DNA of 64,000 nt from an uncultured Fidelibacterota bacterium (GCA_913040915.1 CAJWHW010000002.1:43227-107226); one strand, 5' to 3'. Positions 10,791-20,616 are shown, counted from the first letter of the stretch. Translations and numbers: made by a program. The notes: generated from the sequence alone by a model not told the origin.

Positions 10791-13165
10791 TTTAAAATAT
10801 CTCCTAATACACCAGCAGCAGTGACTTCAGCTCCGGCACCATGTCCTTTTATAACCATGGGGGTATCTTTATATCTTTTAGTCGTAAACATAATAAAGTT
10901 TTCACGTCCATTTTGATGATAAAAAGGGTTTTTAATTCCCACTGCTTTCAATTTCACTGTTACATTTTGCCCATCCCAGGTGGCAATATATCGTAACGCC
11001 TTATCCTCTCTAGAAGCTGAAATATACATGTTTAAAAATTGGTCATCATATTTGGATAATTGCTCTAAAAACTCATCAATGGAAAATGCCGGATCCATAT
11101 TTTCTGGAATTAAGCTTTGAATAGATACATCATCAAACTCTAATTGTGCACCAGTCTCTCGGGCCAAAATGAGAATTTTTCTTCCCACATCCACACCATT
11201 CAAGTCATCTCTTGGGTCTGGTTCTGTGTACCCGTTTTCCTGTGCATATTTTACCAACTTACTAAATGCAATTGAACCATCAAATCGACTGAATAAATAG
11301 CTTAGCGTCCCAGACATAATTCCTTCAATTTTTTCAACTGTATCACCTGTTGCCAATAAAGTTTGTAATGTTTCAACAATAGGGAGACCTGCGCCAACAT
11401 TTGTTTCATATTTAAATTGAGAACCGGCAGCATTTGAATTTTCACGAATTAAATCATAATAATTCTGATTCATGGAATTGGCCAGTTTGCTAGCAGATAC
11501 AACAGAAATTCCTTTTTTTAAAATGTTTGCTATTTTTTTTGCGATTATAGGTGATGATGTTACATCCACAAATACGGGGTTAAGAGACTGAGCTGCATAA
11601 GAAATAAATGATTCTAAATCGACTGTATCACCACTTGCTAATTCTTCTACATAATTTTGGGAATCTAATCCATTTGGATTAATAATCATTTTTTGACTAT
11701 TTATTATACCGCATATATTTATGGAATTATTATCCTGAATTAACTTTATTAAATCTGAGCCAACCAACCCAACCCCAGCAATAAATACATTTATAATAGC
11801 ATTGTTTGAAAAAATATATTGATGCAAAGATCGAATGGCTGATTTGACTTCATCATTTTTAATAATAAAGGATATATTTCTTTCCGAAGATCCTTGAGCA
11901 ATAGCAACCACATTCACATTTTTTTCTCCAAGAACGGAAAATAGTTTCCCGGAAATTCCAGGTGTATGGCGCATCCCCTCGCCTACAACAGCAATGAGAG
12001 AAAGATCATTTTCAATATTAATAGTATCTATAAAATGGTTTTTCAGTTCAAACAAAAATTCTTTCTTCAAAAGTGATTCAGCTAGATCAACTTCTTTAGG
12101 TTGGATAGCAAAACAAATGGAATGCTCGCTAAACACTTGAGATACAAGAATAATATTTATTTTCTTTTTGGCTAGTGCATCAAATACACGTCCAATAACT
12201 CCAAAACGTCCCACCATACCGGCTCCTTGGAATCGGATTAAGGAAACATTATACAAAGATGAGATACCCACGGCAAAATGGTCATCCCTTGCACGGTCCT
12301 GTGTAATAGCCGTTCCTGGATTATCCGGTTCAAATGTATTTTTAATACGGATCGGAATAGATTTATATAAAGCAGGAATCATAGTGGGTGGGAAAATAAC
12401 TTTTGCCCCGGCATGAGCCAATTCCATGGCTTCTTCATAAGTAATATGAGAAATGGTTTTTGCATCAAAAACCACATTGGGATCGGCAGACAAAATACCG
12501 TTTACATCAGTCCAGATTTCTATTTCATTTACATCTAAAGCAGCGCCAAAAATGGATGCGGTATAGTCTGAACCGCTCCTTCCAAAAGTTGTTGTTTCTC
12601 CTAATTCAGTGGCACCAATGAATCCAGTAATTATCCTTGTTTTTGATTCATCTTTCCATTCATTACGAATATTATTGTAAGATTTTTGATAATGAACAAA
12701 TGCATTTCCGAAATGATCATCTGTTAAAATAACCTTTCGCGCATCCAAATATGTTGCATTTATTCCTTTTTCGATACATACTTCCGTAATAATTATTGCA
12801 GATAATTGCTCACCAATACTTAGTGCTGCATCTTTTAATTGCAGTGTACATTTTTTCTTTTTGGCAATTGTACTTAATATAAGACATAATTCATTTTCTA
12901 TTTCTTGGATAGTATTAAACAATAGTTCTTTTTCAAGATGAAGATCATGAATAGTTTTCCGATGCCTATCAAAAAACAATTGTAAATCATTATTATAATC
13001 AGCGTCCCGTTCTGCACATGAGATTAATTGAATGAGTTGATCCGTAATGCCACCAAACGCAGATACAACTACACCACATGGATGTTCAGATGAAATAAGC
13101 TGCACCACTTGCTCAATTCGTTGGGACGTTTTTACGGATGATCCGCCAAATTTGAGAATTTTCAT
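10781..13165 (-). CDS. thrA: Bifunctional aspartokinase / homoserine dehydrogenase
   Basis: KFGGSSV, GRSGSDYTA, two ACT domains, GVGLVG Rossmann motif, YETNVGAGLP, GYTEPDPRDDL. Confidence 0.95.
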   Translation of the reverse strand: MKILKFGGSSVKTSQRIEQVVQLISSEHPCGVVVSAFGGITDQLIQLISCAERDADYNNDLQLFFDRHRKTIHDLHLEKELLFNTIQEIENELCLILSTIAKKKKCTLQLKDAALSIGEQLSAIIITEVCIEKGINATYLDARKVILTDDHFGNAFVHYQKSYNNIRNEWKDESKTRIITGFIGATELGETTTFGRSGSDYTASIFGAALDVNEIEIWTDVNGILSADPNVVFDAKTISHITYEEAMELAHAGAKVIFPPTMIPALYKSIPIRIKNTFEPDNPGTAITQDRARDDHFAVGISSLYNVSLIRFQGAGMVGRFGVIGRVFDALAKKKINIILVSQVFSEHSICFAIQPKEVDLAESLLKKEFLFELKNHFIDTINIENDLSLIAVVGEGMRHTPGISGKLFSVLGEKNVNVVAIAQGSSERNISFIIKNDEVKSAIRSLHQYIFSNNAIINVFIAGVGLVGSDLIKLIQDNNSINICGIINSQKMIINPNGLDSQNYVEELASGDTVDLESFISYAAQSLNPVFVDVTSSPIIAKKIANILKKGISVVSASKLANSMNQNYYDLIRENSNAAGSQFKYETNVGAGLPIVETLQTLLATGDTVEKIEGIMSGTLSYLFSRFDGSIAFSKLVKYAQENGYTEPDPRDDLNGVDVGRKILILARETGAQLEFDDVSIQSLIPENMDPAFSIDEFLEQLSKYDDQFLNMYISASREDKALRYIATWDGQNVTVKLKAVGIKNPFYHQNGRENFIMFTTKRYKDTPMVIKGHGAGAEVTAAGVLGDILKCY

Positions 13166-13239
13166 TTTAATACTAATTAAATAGGTTTATCGTTAGTCGA
13201 AATATTACGGTTAATAAAAGTTTTACATGCTAAAAAGTG

Positions 13240-13419
13240 CTAATTGGAAATCAAAATATTACCAAATTCCTTTAATGAGAATAGGTTCACAGCATGATCC
13301 GCATTGTTGAATATATATGATGTTGAAGAAAAAATTCGGACTGCTCTAGCGTTTGTGCCTGCCATCGGTTCCTGCCTGGTATGGAACTGTAATTTATCAA
13401 AATGATTATTATTGCACAT
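13240..13419 (-). pseudogene. metY: Truncated O-acetylhomoserine sulfhydrylase (MetY) N-terminal relic, 59 aa
   Basis: Hand translation MCNNNHFDKLQFHTRQEPMAGTNARAVRIFSSTSYIFNNADHAVNLFSLKEFGNILISN* parallels the MetY N-terminus (FETLQLHAGQEP..T..RAVPIYQTTSYVF..ADHAA.LF.LKEFGNIY). AAGGA RBS upstream; lies directly behind a SAM-I riboswitch. Confidence 0.85.
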
Positions 13420-13560
13420 AGATATTTTTCCTTATTTTGTGTTATTTATTGGTTTGTTACTAATATTTATGAATTAGTTATTCATAATAAATACAAAACG
13501 TAATTGATAGCTTGTTGGGATAATATGTTAGAGGGCAAGAGACATTACAGCAGTATCTGT

Positions 13561-13670
13561 CTTATCAGTCTTCTAAAAAACTCGAAGCAGGAATTAGCAC
13601 CTTGAACCGCATTGTACGGAGATGGTTGCTAAGGTATCTTAGGGCCTGATCCCTCCACCTTTCTGGATAA
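13561..13670 (-). promoter_or_regulatory. SAM-I (S-box) riboswitch
   Basis: Minus strand reads TTATCCAGAAAGGTGGAGGGATCAGGCCCTAAGATACCTTAGCAACC...GGTGCTAATTCC...GATAAG. This contains P1 (TTATC/GATAA), GAGGGA..GGCCC, GCAACC and GGTGCTAATTCC. Confidence 0.93.
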
Positions 13671-13866
13671 AATCCGGTACTGATCTGTCAAAAAGCATAA
13701 AAAACTTCTTTTAAATGTTAAATATGAAAATAAAATAATGCAAGATAACATTAATATATTTAACTATACTCCATCATTTTCTATAATTTTTTTATAAATA
13801 AAAGGAATATGATTTATATTTGAATGTTGCCCTTTATAAGAATTTGTTATAAACTTTTAGCCAATT

Positions 13867-13950
13867 ATGAACATACGACGACGCCATAACCATCATCTTA
13901 ACACTTTGATTAATAACAATAATAATATGAGTGGGGGCGAAGCTTTGTAA
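13867..13950 (+). CDS. Putative asnB leader peptide (27 aa, MNIRRRHNHHLNTLINNNNNMSGGEAL)
   Basis: Hand-translated ORF with five consecutive Asn codons (AAT AAC AAT AAT AAT, 13912-13926) and 8 Asn in total, upstream of a terminator and asnB. Confidence 0.8.
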   Translation: MNIRRRHNHHLNTLINNNNNMSGGEAL

Positions 13951-13970
13951 CCATAAGGTTAAGCTTTAAT

Positions 13971-14010
13971 AAAAACCTCCAGGGATTTTAATTCATGGGG
14001 GTTTTTTTTT
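13971..14010 (+). terminator. Intrinsic terminator in the asnB leader (attenuator)
   Basis: AAAAACCTCCA...TGGGGGTTTTT stem (one G-U pair) running into a T9 tract, 23 nt before the asnB ATG. Confidence 0.8.
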
Positions 14011-14033
14011 ATATCAAATAAAAGGAAAAAATT

Positions 14034-15623
14034 ATGTGTGGCATATTTTTATATAAAGGTAGAAAACAAGATTGGAATTCATTGGAACCTGATATTAAAC
14101 GGATTGGTTATCGCGGCCCAGATAATACACACCATGAAATGATTGGCAATGATATATTATTAGCTTTCCATCGATTAGCTATCATGGGCACAAGTGAAAT
14201 GGGCGATCAACCGATGAAACATCCCAATGATGCTTCGCTCACTCTGATCTGTAATGGTGAAATTTATAATTATAAAAATTTAGCTAAAAAATATAGCTTT
14301 AATTTGAAGACAGGCTCTGATTGTGAAATTATTTTATTCATGTTTAAACAATTTGGTATTCAAAGAACTGTAAAGGAATTAGATGGCGTTTTCATGTTCG
14401 TATTATATGAAGCAAATACTGGTCTACTTTTTGCTGGCCGGGATCCCATGGGTGTTCGTCCGGGGTTTATCGGTCGAAATGGAGATGAGATTATGATTGC
14501 ATCAGAAGCAAAATCCATGGTGAATCATTCTTCAAGTATTATTCCATTTCCCCCAGGGCATTGGTGGTGTTCGAACCTTTCAGATATATTCAATCCTTAT
14601 TTTCTTTATAATAAAATCAAAATTCAAGAAAACACCGAAGAAGATATTTGTAATAAAATCCAGTTATTATTAACAGCTGCAGTTAAGAAACGGCTTATGA
14701 CAGAACGTGATATTGGGTGTTTATTATCTGGTGGTTTGGATTCGAGTTTAATTTGTGCTCTTGTGAATAAGTATTATGAAGGACCAAAACTAAATACATT
14801 TTCTATTGGACTTGTAGGGAGCATTGACCTTGAATATGCACAAGATGTGTCCTCTCATTTGAAATCAAAACACCACCAGATAGAAGTATCTCAAAATGAG
14901 TTTTTAGATGCAATTGAAACTGTGATTTATAATATTGAATCTTATGATACTACTACAGTCAGAGCCAGTGTAGGCAATTACCTCGTTTCAAAATATATTT
15001 CAGATAATTCTGATTGCAAGGTGATTTTTAACGGTGATGGCAGTGATGAGGTATGTTGTGGATATGTATATTTAAGGAATGCACCATCACCAGTTGATTT
15101 GCAAAAAGAAAATGAAAGGCTGGTTGAAGAGATTCATTATTTTGATGTGCTGCGCTCAGACCGCAGTATTAGTTCTAATGGTTTGGAAGCACGGACGCCT
15201 TTTTTGGATAAAACATTTGTGAAGTATTATTTATCAATTCCTGCGGAATTAAAGTTATTTGATGGGGCACAAAGATTAGAAAAATATTTATTAAGAAAAG
15301 CTTTTGATGATCAGGGACTTTTACCAGATAAAGTTTTATGGCGTCGGAAATGTGCTTTTTCAGATGGTGTAAGTTCGCAGAATAATTCCTGGCATCATAT
15401 TATCCAATCATTTGTAGACCAAAAAATTAGTGATGAAGAATTTCAGCGAGAAAGCACTAAGATCACACATTGCACTCCTCAATTAAAAGAGAGTTATTAC
15501 TATCGTAAAGTATTCAATAGCTTCTTTGAGAATCATGAGAATTTAATTCCTCATTTCTGGATGCCTAAGTGGTCCAATACGATAGACCCTTCAGCTAGAG
15601 AATTAAGTGGGTACAAAGAATAA
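14034..15623 (+). CDS. asnB: Asparagine synthetase (glutamine-hydrolysing)
   Basis: N-terminal MCGI (Ntn Cys2), RGPD, CNGEIYN, LSGGLDSS, GDGSDE, EARTPFLD. Confidence 0.96.
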   Translation: MCGIFLYKGRKQDWNSLEPDIKRIGYRGPDNTHHEMIGNDILLAFHRLAIMGTSEMGDQPMKHPNDASLTLICNGEIYNYKNLAKKYSFNLKTGSDCEIILFMFKQFGIQRTVKELDGVFMFVLYEANTGLLFAGRDPMGVRPGFIGRNGDEIMIASEAKSMVNHSSSIIPFPPGHWWCSNLSDIFNPYFLYNKIKIQENTEEDICNKIQLLLTAAVKKRLMTERDIGCLLSGGLDSSLICALVNKYYEGPKLNTFSIGLVGSIDLEYAQDVSSHLKSKHHQIEVSQNEFLDAIETVIYNIESYDTTTVRASVGNYLVSKYISDNSDCKVIFNGDGSDEVCCGYVYLRNAPSPVDLQKENERLVEEIHYFDVLRSDRSISSNGLEARTPFLDKTFVKYYLSIPAELKLFDGAQRLEKYLLRKAFDDQGLLPDKVLWRRKCAFSDGVSSQNNSWHHIIQSFVDQKISDEEFQRESTKITHCTPQLKESYYYRKVFNSFFENHENLIPHFWMPKWSNTIDPSARELSGYKE

Positions 15624-15799
15624 ATTATTTAATTATATTAATAATAAAATAAAATATATTTATTATTTGTTAAATTAAATTAAATGAATAATATTATAGA
15701 CAGGAAATAATTAAAATAATGTACGATACTGCAATAAATAAAATTAGCATTACGGGGATGAAGCCAATTGGGCTTTGTGACCGCGAAATTCTATGCCAA

Positions 15800-15886
15800 A
15801 TGGTTACTATATTGCAATCCATTATTCGGTACCTAAGTATATCAATTTTGGTACTTATTATTACCTTCGCCGTTTTGATCGCCTAG
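15800..15886 (+). CDS. Putative ilv-leu leader peptide (28 aa, MVTILQSIIRYLSISILVLIITFAVLIA)
   Basis: 16 of 28 residues are Ile/Leu/Val, including ILVLII. An in-frame ATG at 15719 would give 55 aa. The 3' end forms a long hairpin, and the ORF precedes ilvB. Confidence 0.65.
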   Translation: MVTILQSIIRYLSISILVLIITFAVLIA

Positions 15887-16119
15887 TTAAAACAAATACA
15901 TTCAGGTGATTCAAACGGTGAAAAAACTCTCCCCGATTAATTAGTCCATCCCTGAAGTATCTAATCTGGCAATTCGAACTGGTAAAATAGTTTGCGTAGT
16001 ATTTATTGTTGCGTTGAAAAAGGGACTTGATGAGTTTAGATCAAATAAAGTAGGATTTGAACATGCGTCCCACAGAAGCCCTTTGCGGGCTGCGAGCACA
16101 GTATTAAAGTAGTGGAGAC

Positions 16120-17847
16120 ATGAAAATGGAAAAACGAACTCTAACAGGAGCAGAAATTATTTGGGAATGTGTGACTAAAGAAGATGTGGGTGTGGTTTTT
16201 GGATATCCAGGAGGTGCAATCCTACCGGCATATGATGCTTTGAATAATTATCGGGATAAAATTCACCATGTGTTAGTGCGCCATGAACAGGGCGCGACAC
16301 ATATGGCTGATGGGTATGCACGTGCTAGTGGAAATGTGGGGGTAGCTATAGCGACATCAGGACCAGGAGCAACCAATATGGTCACAGGTTTGGCTACTGC
16401 AAAATTAGATTCTGTCCCCATTGTATGTATTACAGGTCAAGTTCCCCGGACTGCCATTGGATCAGATGCGTTTCAAGAAGTAGATATTTATGGTACAGTT
16501 TTTCCGGTGACAAAACATAGTTATTTAGTTATGGATATAAAAGACTTGGCCCCAACTATTAAGGAAGCATTTGCAGTGGCACGTTCCGGTAGGCCTGGTC
16601 CGGTTCTGATTGATATCCCTAAAGATATCCAAACTGAAACAATAGAATTTATTTATCCCAGTGAGCCTGTGAGATTGCCGGGAAATAATAAACTACAAAT
16701 CTCCACTGAAAAACAAATTAACGATGCAATCAACTTAATAAATAATGCAAAAAAACCAGTTATTCTTGCAGGACATGGTATTCTTCTATCTGGCGCTTCT
16801 CGAGAAGTGATAAAATTGGCAGAAACTGCATCAATTCCCATTGGCTGGACTTTATTGGGTTCAGGAAGTGTCCCTGCCAGCCACCCACTGAATATGGGTA
16901 TGATGGGCATGCATGGCGAATTTGCAGTGAATAATGCGATCCAAGATGCGGATCTATTAATTGCCTGTGGAATGCGTTTTGATGATCGTGTTACAGGTAA
17001 TGTAAAAACCTATTCACCCAATTCAAAAAAAATTCACATTGAAATTGATCCATCAGAAATCAATAAGAATGTCCCTGCCGATGTAGGTATTGCCGGAGAT
17101 CTACGAACTATTTTACTTCAACTTCTTCCGTTGGTAAAACAACGGAAAAATGAAGACTGGCTTAAAATAATTTCTTCTTGGCAATCTGAATCTATGGAAA
17201 GAGATATCATCAATGTCCAAACAGATACCCTCTACGGGGCCCAAGTGATTCGTGATATCTGGAAAGAGACCAGGGGTGATGCGCTTATTGTAACAGATGT
17301 AGGCCAGCACCAAATGCTTGAAGCACAGTATTATGCTCATGAAGAGCCCAACACATTATTAACCTCTGGTGGTTTGGGGACGATGGGTTTCAGTTTACCG
17401 GCGGCAATAGGTGCTAGTTTCACAAATAGAAATAAAGATATTTGGGTTATTGTCGGAGATGGTAGTATCCAGATGACAATTACTGAATTGGCTACTGCAG
17501 TACAAGAGAATGCTAATATAAAAATTGCCATAATTAATAATGGTTACTTGGGCATGGTTCGTCAGTGGCAGCAGCTATTTTATGATGCCCGTTATGCTGA
17601 AACACCCATTAGTAGCCCCGATTATTTAAAGATTTCAGAGGCGTATGGTCTGCCAGGCCATAGGGTACAAACCCGTGCTGAGATTCCTAATGTAATTAAT
17701 ATGGCAAAAAAAAATGAAGGCCCCGTCCTTATAGAGTTTGTAGTGGAGCAACATGATATGGTTTATCCTATGGTGCCAGCTGGCGCTGATTTGAATGCTA
17801 TGATCAACAGGCCGAAAAATAAGCAATTTCAAGAAATAGAAGAATAA
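16120..17847 (+). CDS. ilvB: Acetolactate synthase large subunit
   Basis: FGYPGGAILP, RHEQGA, TSGPGATN, RFDDRVTG, ThDP motif GDGS...NN. Confidence 0.96.
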   Translation: MKMEKRTLTGAEIIWECVTKEDVGVVFGYPGGAILPAYDALNNYRDKIHHVLVRHEQGATHMADGYARASGNVGVAIATSGPGATNMVTGLATAKLDSVPIVCITGQVPRTAIGSDAFQEVDIYGTVFPVTKHSYLVMDIKDLAPTIKEAFAVARSGRPGPVLIDIPKDIQTETIEFIYPSEPVRLPGNNKLQISTEKQINDAINLINNAKKPVILAGHGILLSGASREVIKLAETASIPIGWTLLGSGSVPASHPLNMGMMGMHGEFAVNNAIQDADLLIACGMRFDDRVTGNVKTYSPNSKKIHIEIDPSEINKNVPADVGIAGDLRTILLQLLPLVKQRKNEDWLKIISSWQSESMERDIINVQTDTLYGAQVIRDIWKETRGDALIVTDVGQHQMLEAQYYAHEEPNTLLTSGGLGTMGFSLPAAIGASFTNRNKDIWVIVGDGSIQMTITELATAVQENANIKIAIINNGYLGMVRQWQQLFYDARYAETPISSPDYLKISEAYGLPGHRVQTRAEIPNVINMAKKNEGPVLIEFVVEQHDMVYPMVPAGADLNAMINRPKNKQFQEIEE

Positions 17848-17862
17848 AGGAATTAATAAGTA

Positions 17863-18414
17863 ATGAAGCAAACCTTAATCGTATTTGTTCAGGATGAGCC
17901 TGGCGTATTAAATAGGATCTCCAGTCATATCCGACGGCGAAACTTTAATATTGAAAGTCTGGTGGCAGGCCGGACCGAAAAGAAAGGTATTACCAGAATG
18001 ACCGTTGTGTTAAATGAACCTGACCAAACCAAACAACGGATTGTAGTCAATAGTTTAAAACAACTTATTGATGTATATGATGTAATTGATGCGACCAAAA
18101 TTGAAAGCCATATACGAGAATATGCATTGGTTAAAGTTGCCATAAAGAAAAATGATTTGGCAGATGTGGAAAAAGTAGTTAAAAGTATTCATGGTAATAT
18201 TATTGAAAGTAGTGATGATGCTACCATCTTTGAATTGACGGGTTATGAAGAAGAAGTAGAATTAGCAATTTCGCAACTTGAGCGATATAACGTATTAGAA
18301 ATTGTTCGTTCAGGGAAAGTAGCCATGGCTTCCGGTAATTACGCGGAAAATCAGCCTGAGTTAAACAAGACAGAACCAAATTGGTCAACCCGTAGAATTC
18401 TGGAATCCTTTTAA
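17863..18414 (+). CDS. ilvN: Acetolactate synthase small (regulatory) subunit
   Basis: DEPGVLNRI, RRNFNIESL, EIVRSG. Confidence 0.93.
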   Translation: MKQTLIVFVQDEPGVLNRISSHIRRRNFNIESLVAGRTEKKGITRMTVVLNEPDQTKQRIVVNSLKQLIDVYDVIDATKIESHIREYALVKVAIKKNDLADVEKVVKSIHGNIIESSDDATIFELTGYEEEVELAISQLERYNVLEIVRSGKVAMASGNYAENQPELNKTEPNWSTRRILESF

Positions 18415-18446
18415 CAAAAGCTTTGAATTAAATCTTTGGAGACAAA

Positions 18447-19490
18447 ATGAAAGAATTAAATATTAATGGATATTCTGAAACCATTATTGAACGGTCAGAT
18501 TTTCCACAAGAAAAATGTAAAGCTATATTAAAAGATGAAGTTACAGCCATCCTTGGATATGGCCCACAAGGTTATGGTCAAGGAATGAATATGCGTGATC
18601 AGGGGTATAATGTCATCTTGGGGCTACGCCGCGGACTTAGTTGGGATAAGGCTTTAAGTGATGGATGGCTGGAAGGTGAAAATCTTTTTGAAATTTCTGA
18701 TGCCGCAAAGCGAGGGACTATAATTCAATTTCTACTTTCTGATGCTGGACAAATTCAAGCATGGCCTACAGTTAAAGAGCACTTGAACGAAGGTGATGCT
18801 CTTTATTTTTCACACGGTTTCGGTGTTGTCTTTAATGATCACACTAATATTGTTACACCAGATAATATAGATGTAATGCTCGTAGCTCCCAAAGGTAGCG
18901 GTTTAACAGTGCGAACGCATTTTAAATCGGGACGCGGAATTAATGCTTCATTTGCAATCCATCAGGATTTTACAGGTAAGGCTAGAGACCGTTGTATTGC
19001 AACAGCATTTGCAATAGGCTCAGGGCATTTATTCGAAACGACTTTTGAAAAGGAAGTCCATAGTGATTTGACTGGTGAAAGATGTGTATTAATGGGACTT
19101 CTTCAAGGAGCCTTTTTAGCACAATATGAAGTCTTACGTGAAAATGGACATTCTCCATCTGAGGCTTATAATGAAACGATCGAAGAAGCATTACAAAGTC
19201 TTTATCCGCTGGTAGCAGAAAATGGTATGGATTGGATGTATGCAAATTGCTCTACAACAGCTCAGCGTGGAGCTTTGGATTGGGCACCCAAATTCAGAGA
19301 TACCTTAAAACCAGTTATTGAAGAATGTTATCAAAAAGTATTGAGCGGCGAAGAAGCCAAACGTGCAATTGAATCCAACTCAAAATTAGATTACAGGGAG
19401 ACACTGGAAAAAGAATTAGCTGCAATTAATGATCAGGAAATGTGGGTTGCTGGAAAGGAATTACGGCAATTGCGCCCAGAGAATCTCTAA
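18447..19490 (+). CDS. ilvC: Ketol-acid reductoisomerase (Bacteroidota/fungal-like form)
   Basis: GYGPQG, FSHGF, APKGSG, SDLTGER, ANCSTTAQRGALDW. Confidence 0.95.
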   Translation: MKELNINGYSETIIERSDFPQEKCKAILKDEVTAILGYGPQGYGQGMNMRDQGYNVILGLRRGLSWDKALSDGWLEGENLFEISDAAKRGTIIQFLLSDAGQIQAWPTVKEHLNEGDALYFSHGFGVVFNDHTNIVTPDNIDVMLVAPKGSGLTVRTHFKSGRGINASFAIHQDFTGKARDRCIATAFAIGSGHLFETTFEKEVHSDLTGERCVLMGLLQGAFLAQYEVLRENGHSPSEAYNETIEEALQSLYPLVAENGMDWMYANCSTTAQRGALDWAPKFRDTLKPVIEECYQKVLSGEEAKRAIESNSKLDYRETLEKELAAINDQEMWVAGKELRQLRPENL

Positions 19491-19497
19491 TCATATT

Positions 19498-20616
19498 ATG
19501 AAATCATTAAAATTAACAATTCTTCCAGGTGATGGTATAGGCCCAGAAGTAATGGATGCCGCCCTGGGTATCTTGGATGTTATAGGTGCTCACTATAACC
19601 TGAATTTTGAATTTCAGTCAGAATTAATGGGCGGGGCATCAATTGATCGATGTGGCGAGCCTATTACTGTAGATGTTTTGGAAAAATGCAAGGCATCTGA
19701 TGCTGTACTTTTAGGTGCTGTGGGAGGACTTAAGTGGGATGACTTACCTCCAGAAAAAAAACCTGAAAAAGGGTTGTTACGCCTTAGGGAAGAGTTAGGA
19801 TTGTTTTGCAATCTTCGCCCTGCGAAGATTTATACCCCATTGGCAGATGCATCAACACTTAAAAGGGATGTAATTGTAGGCTCGGATATAATGGTGGTCC
19901 GTGAATTAACAAGTGGAATTTATTTTGGTGAGCCTAGGGGCCTTAATCGAGATGAAGGTTATAATACACTTTATTATAAAAGAAATGAGGTAGAGAGGAT
20001 TGCCAAATCAGCCTTTAAGCTAGCGCAAAAACGTAATGGCCATGTTACATCAGTAGATAAGTCCAATGTATTAGATAGTTCGCAGTTTTGGCGGAATATT
20101 GTTCATGAAGTTCATAAGGATTTTAAAGATGTTCCTTTAACAGACATGCTTGTTGATAATGCTGCTATGCAATTAGTACGTGATCCTAAGCAGTTTGATG
20201 TCGTAGTCACTCAAAATTTATTCGGGGATATATTAAGTGATATTACCGCTATACTTACCGGCAGTTTAGGTATGCTTCCATCGGCCAGTATTGGTGATAC
20301 CCATGCCTTATATGAGCCTGTCCATGGGACAGCACCAGATATTGCCGGACAAAATAAAGCTAATCCGATTGCCATGATTAGTTCCGTAGCCATGATGTTG
20401 GAAATCACTCTAAATCTGCCTCAGGCAGCATTGGAGTTAAATCAAGCGATTGAATCCGTATTAAATGAAGGATATAGGACTTTGGATATTGCATCTGAAG
20501 GTTCGATCATTATTTCAACAACTGATATGAGGGATCAAATAATCCAAACCTTTGAAAAAAATGTAGTTCAAGTTACTAATATGTCTTCTCAAGAATTTGT
20601 AAAGGAAAAAAGATGA
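19498..20616 (+). CDS. leuB: 3-isopropylmalate dehydrogenase
   Basis: PGDGIGPEV, VRELT, NLFGDILSD, EPVHGTAPDIAG. Start moved to MKSLKL at 19498. Confidence 0.95.
   Translation: MKSLKLTILPGDGIGPEVMDAALGILDVIGAHYNLNFEFQSELMGGASIDRCGEPITVDVLEKCKASDAVLLGAVGGLKWDDLPPEKKPEKGLLRLREELGLFCNLRPAKIYTPLADASTLKRDVIVGSDIMVVRELTSGIYFGEPRGLNRDEGYNTLYYKRNEVERIAKSAFKLAQKRNGHVTSVDKSNVLDSSQFWRNIVHEVHKDFKDVPLTDMLVDNAAMQLVRDPKQFDVVVTQNLFGDILSDITAILTGSLGMLPSASIGDTHALYEPVHGTAPDIAGQNKANPIAMISSVAMMLEITLNLPQAALELNQAIESVLNEGYRTLDIASEGSIIISTTDMRDQIIQTFEKNVVQVTNMSSQEFVKEKR

Noticed and set aside
15945..16112. Stop-free frame before ilvB (…KIVCVVFIVALKKG…) considered as a second leader or an ilvD relic
   Set aside because: No ATG or RBS and no recognisable IlvD motif.
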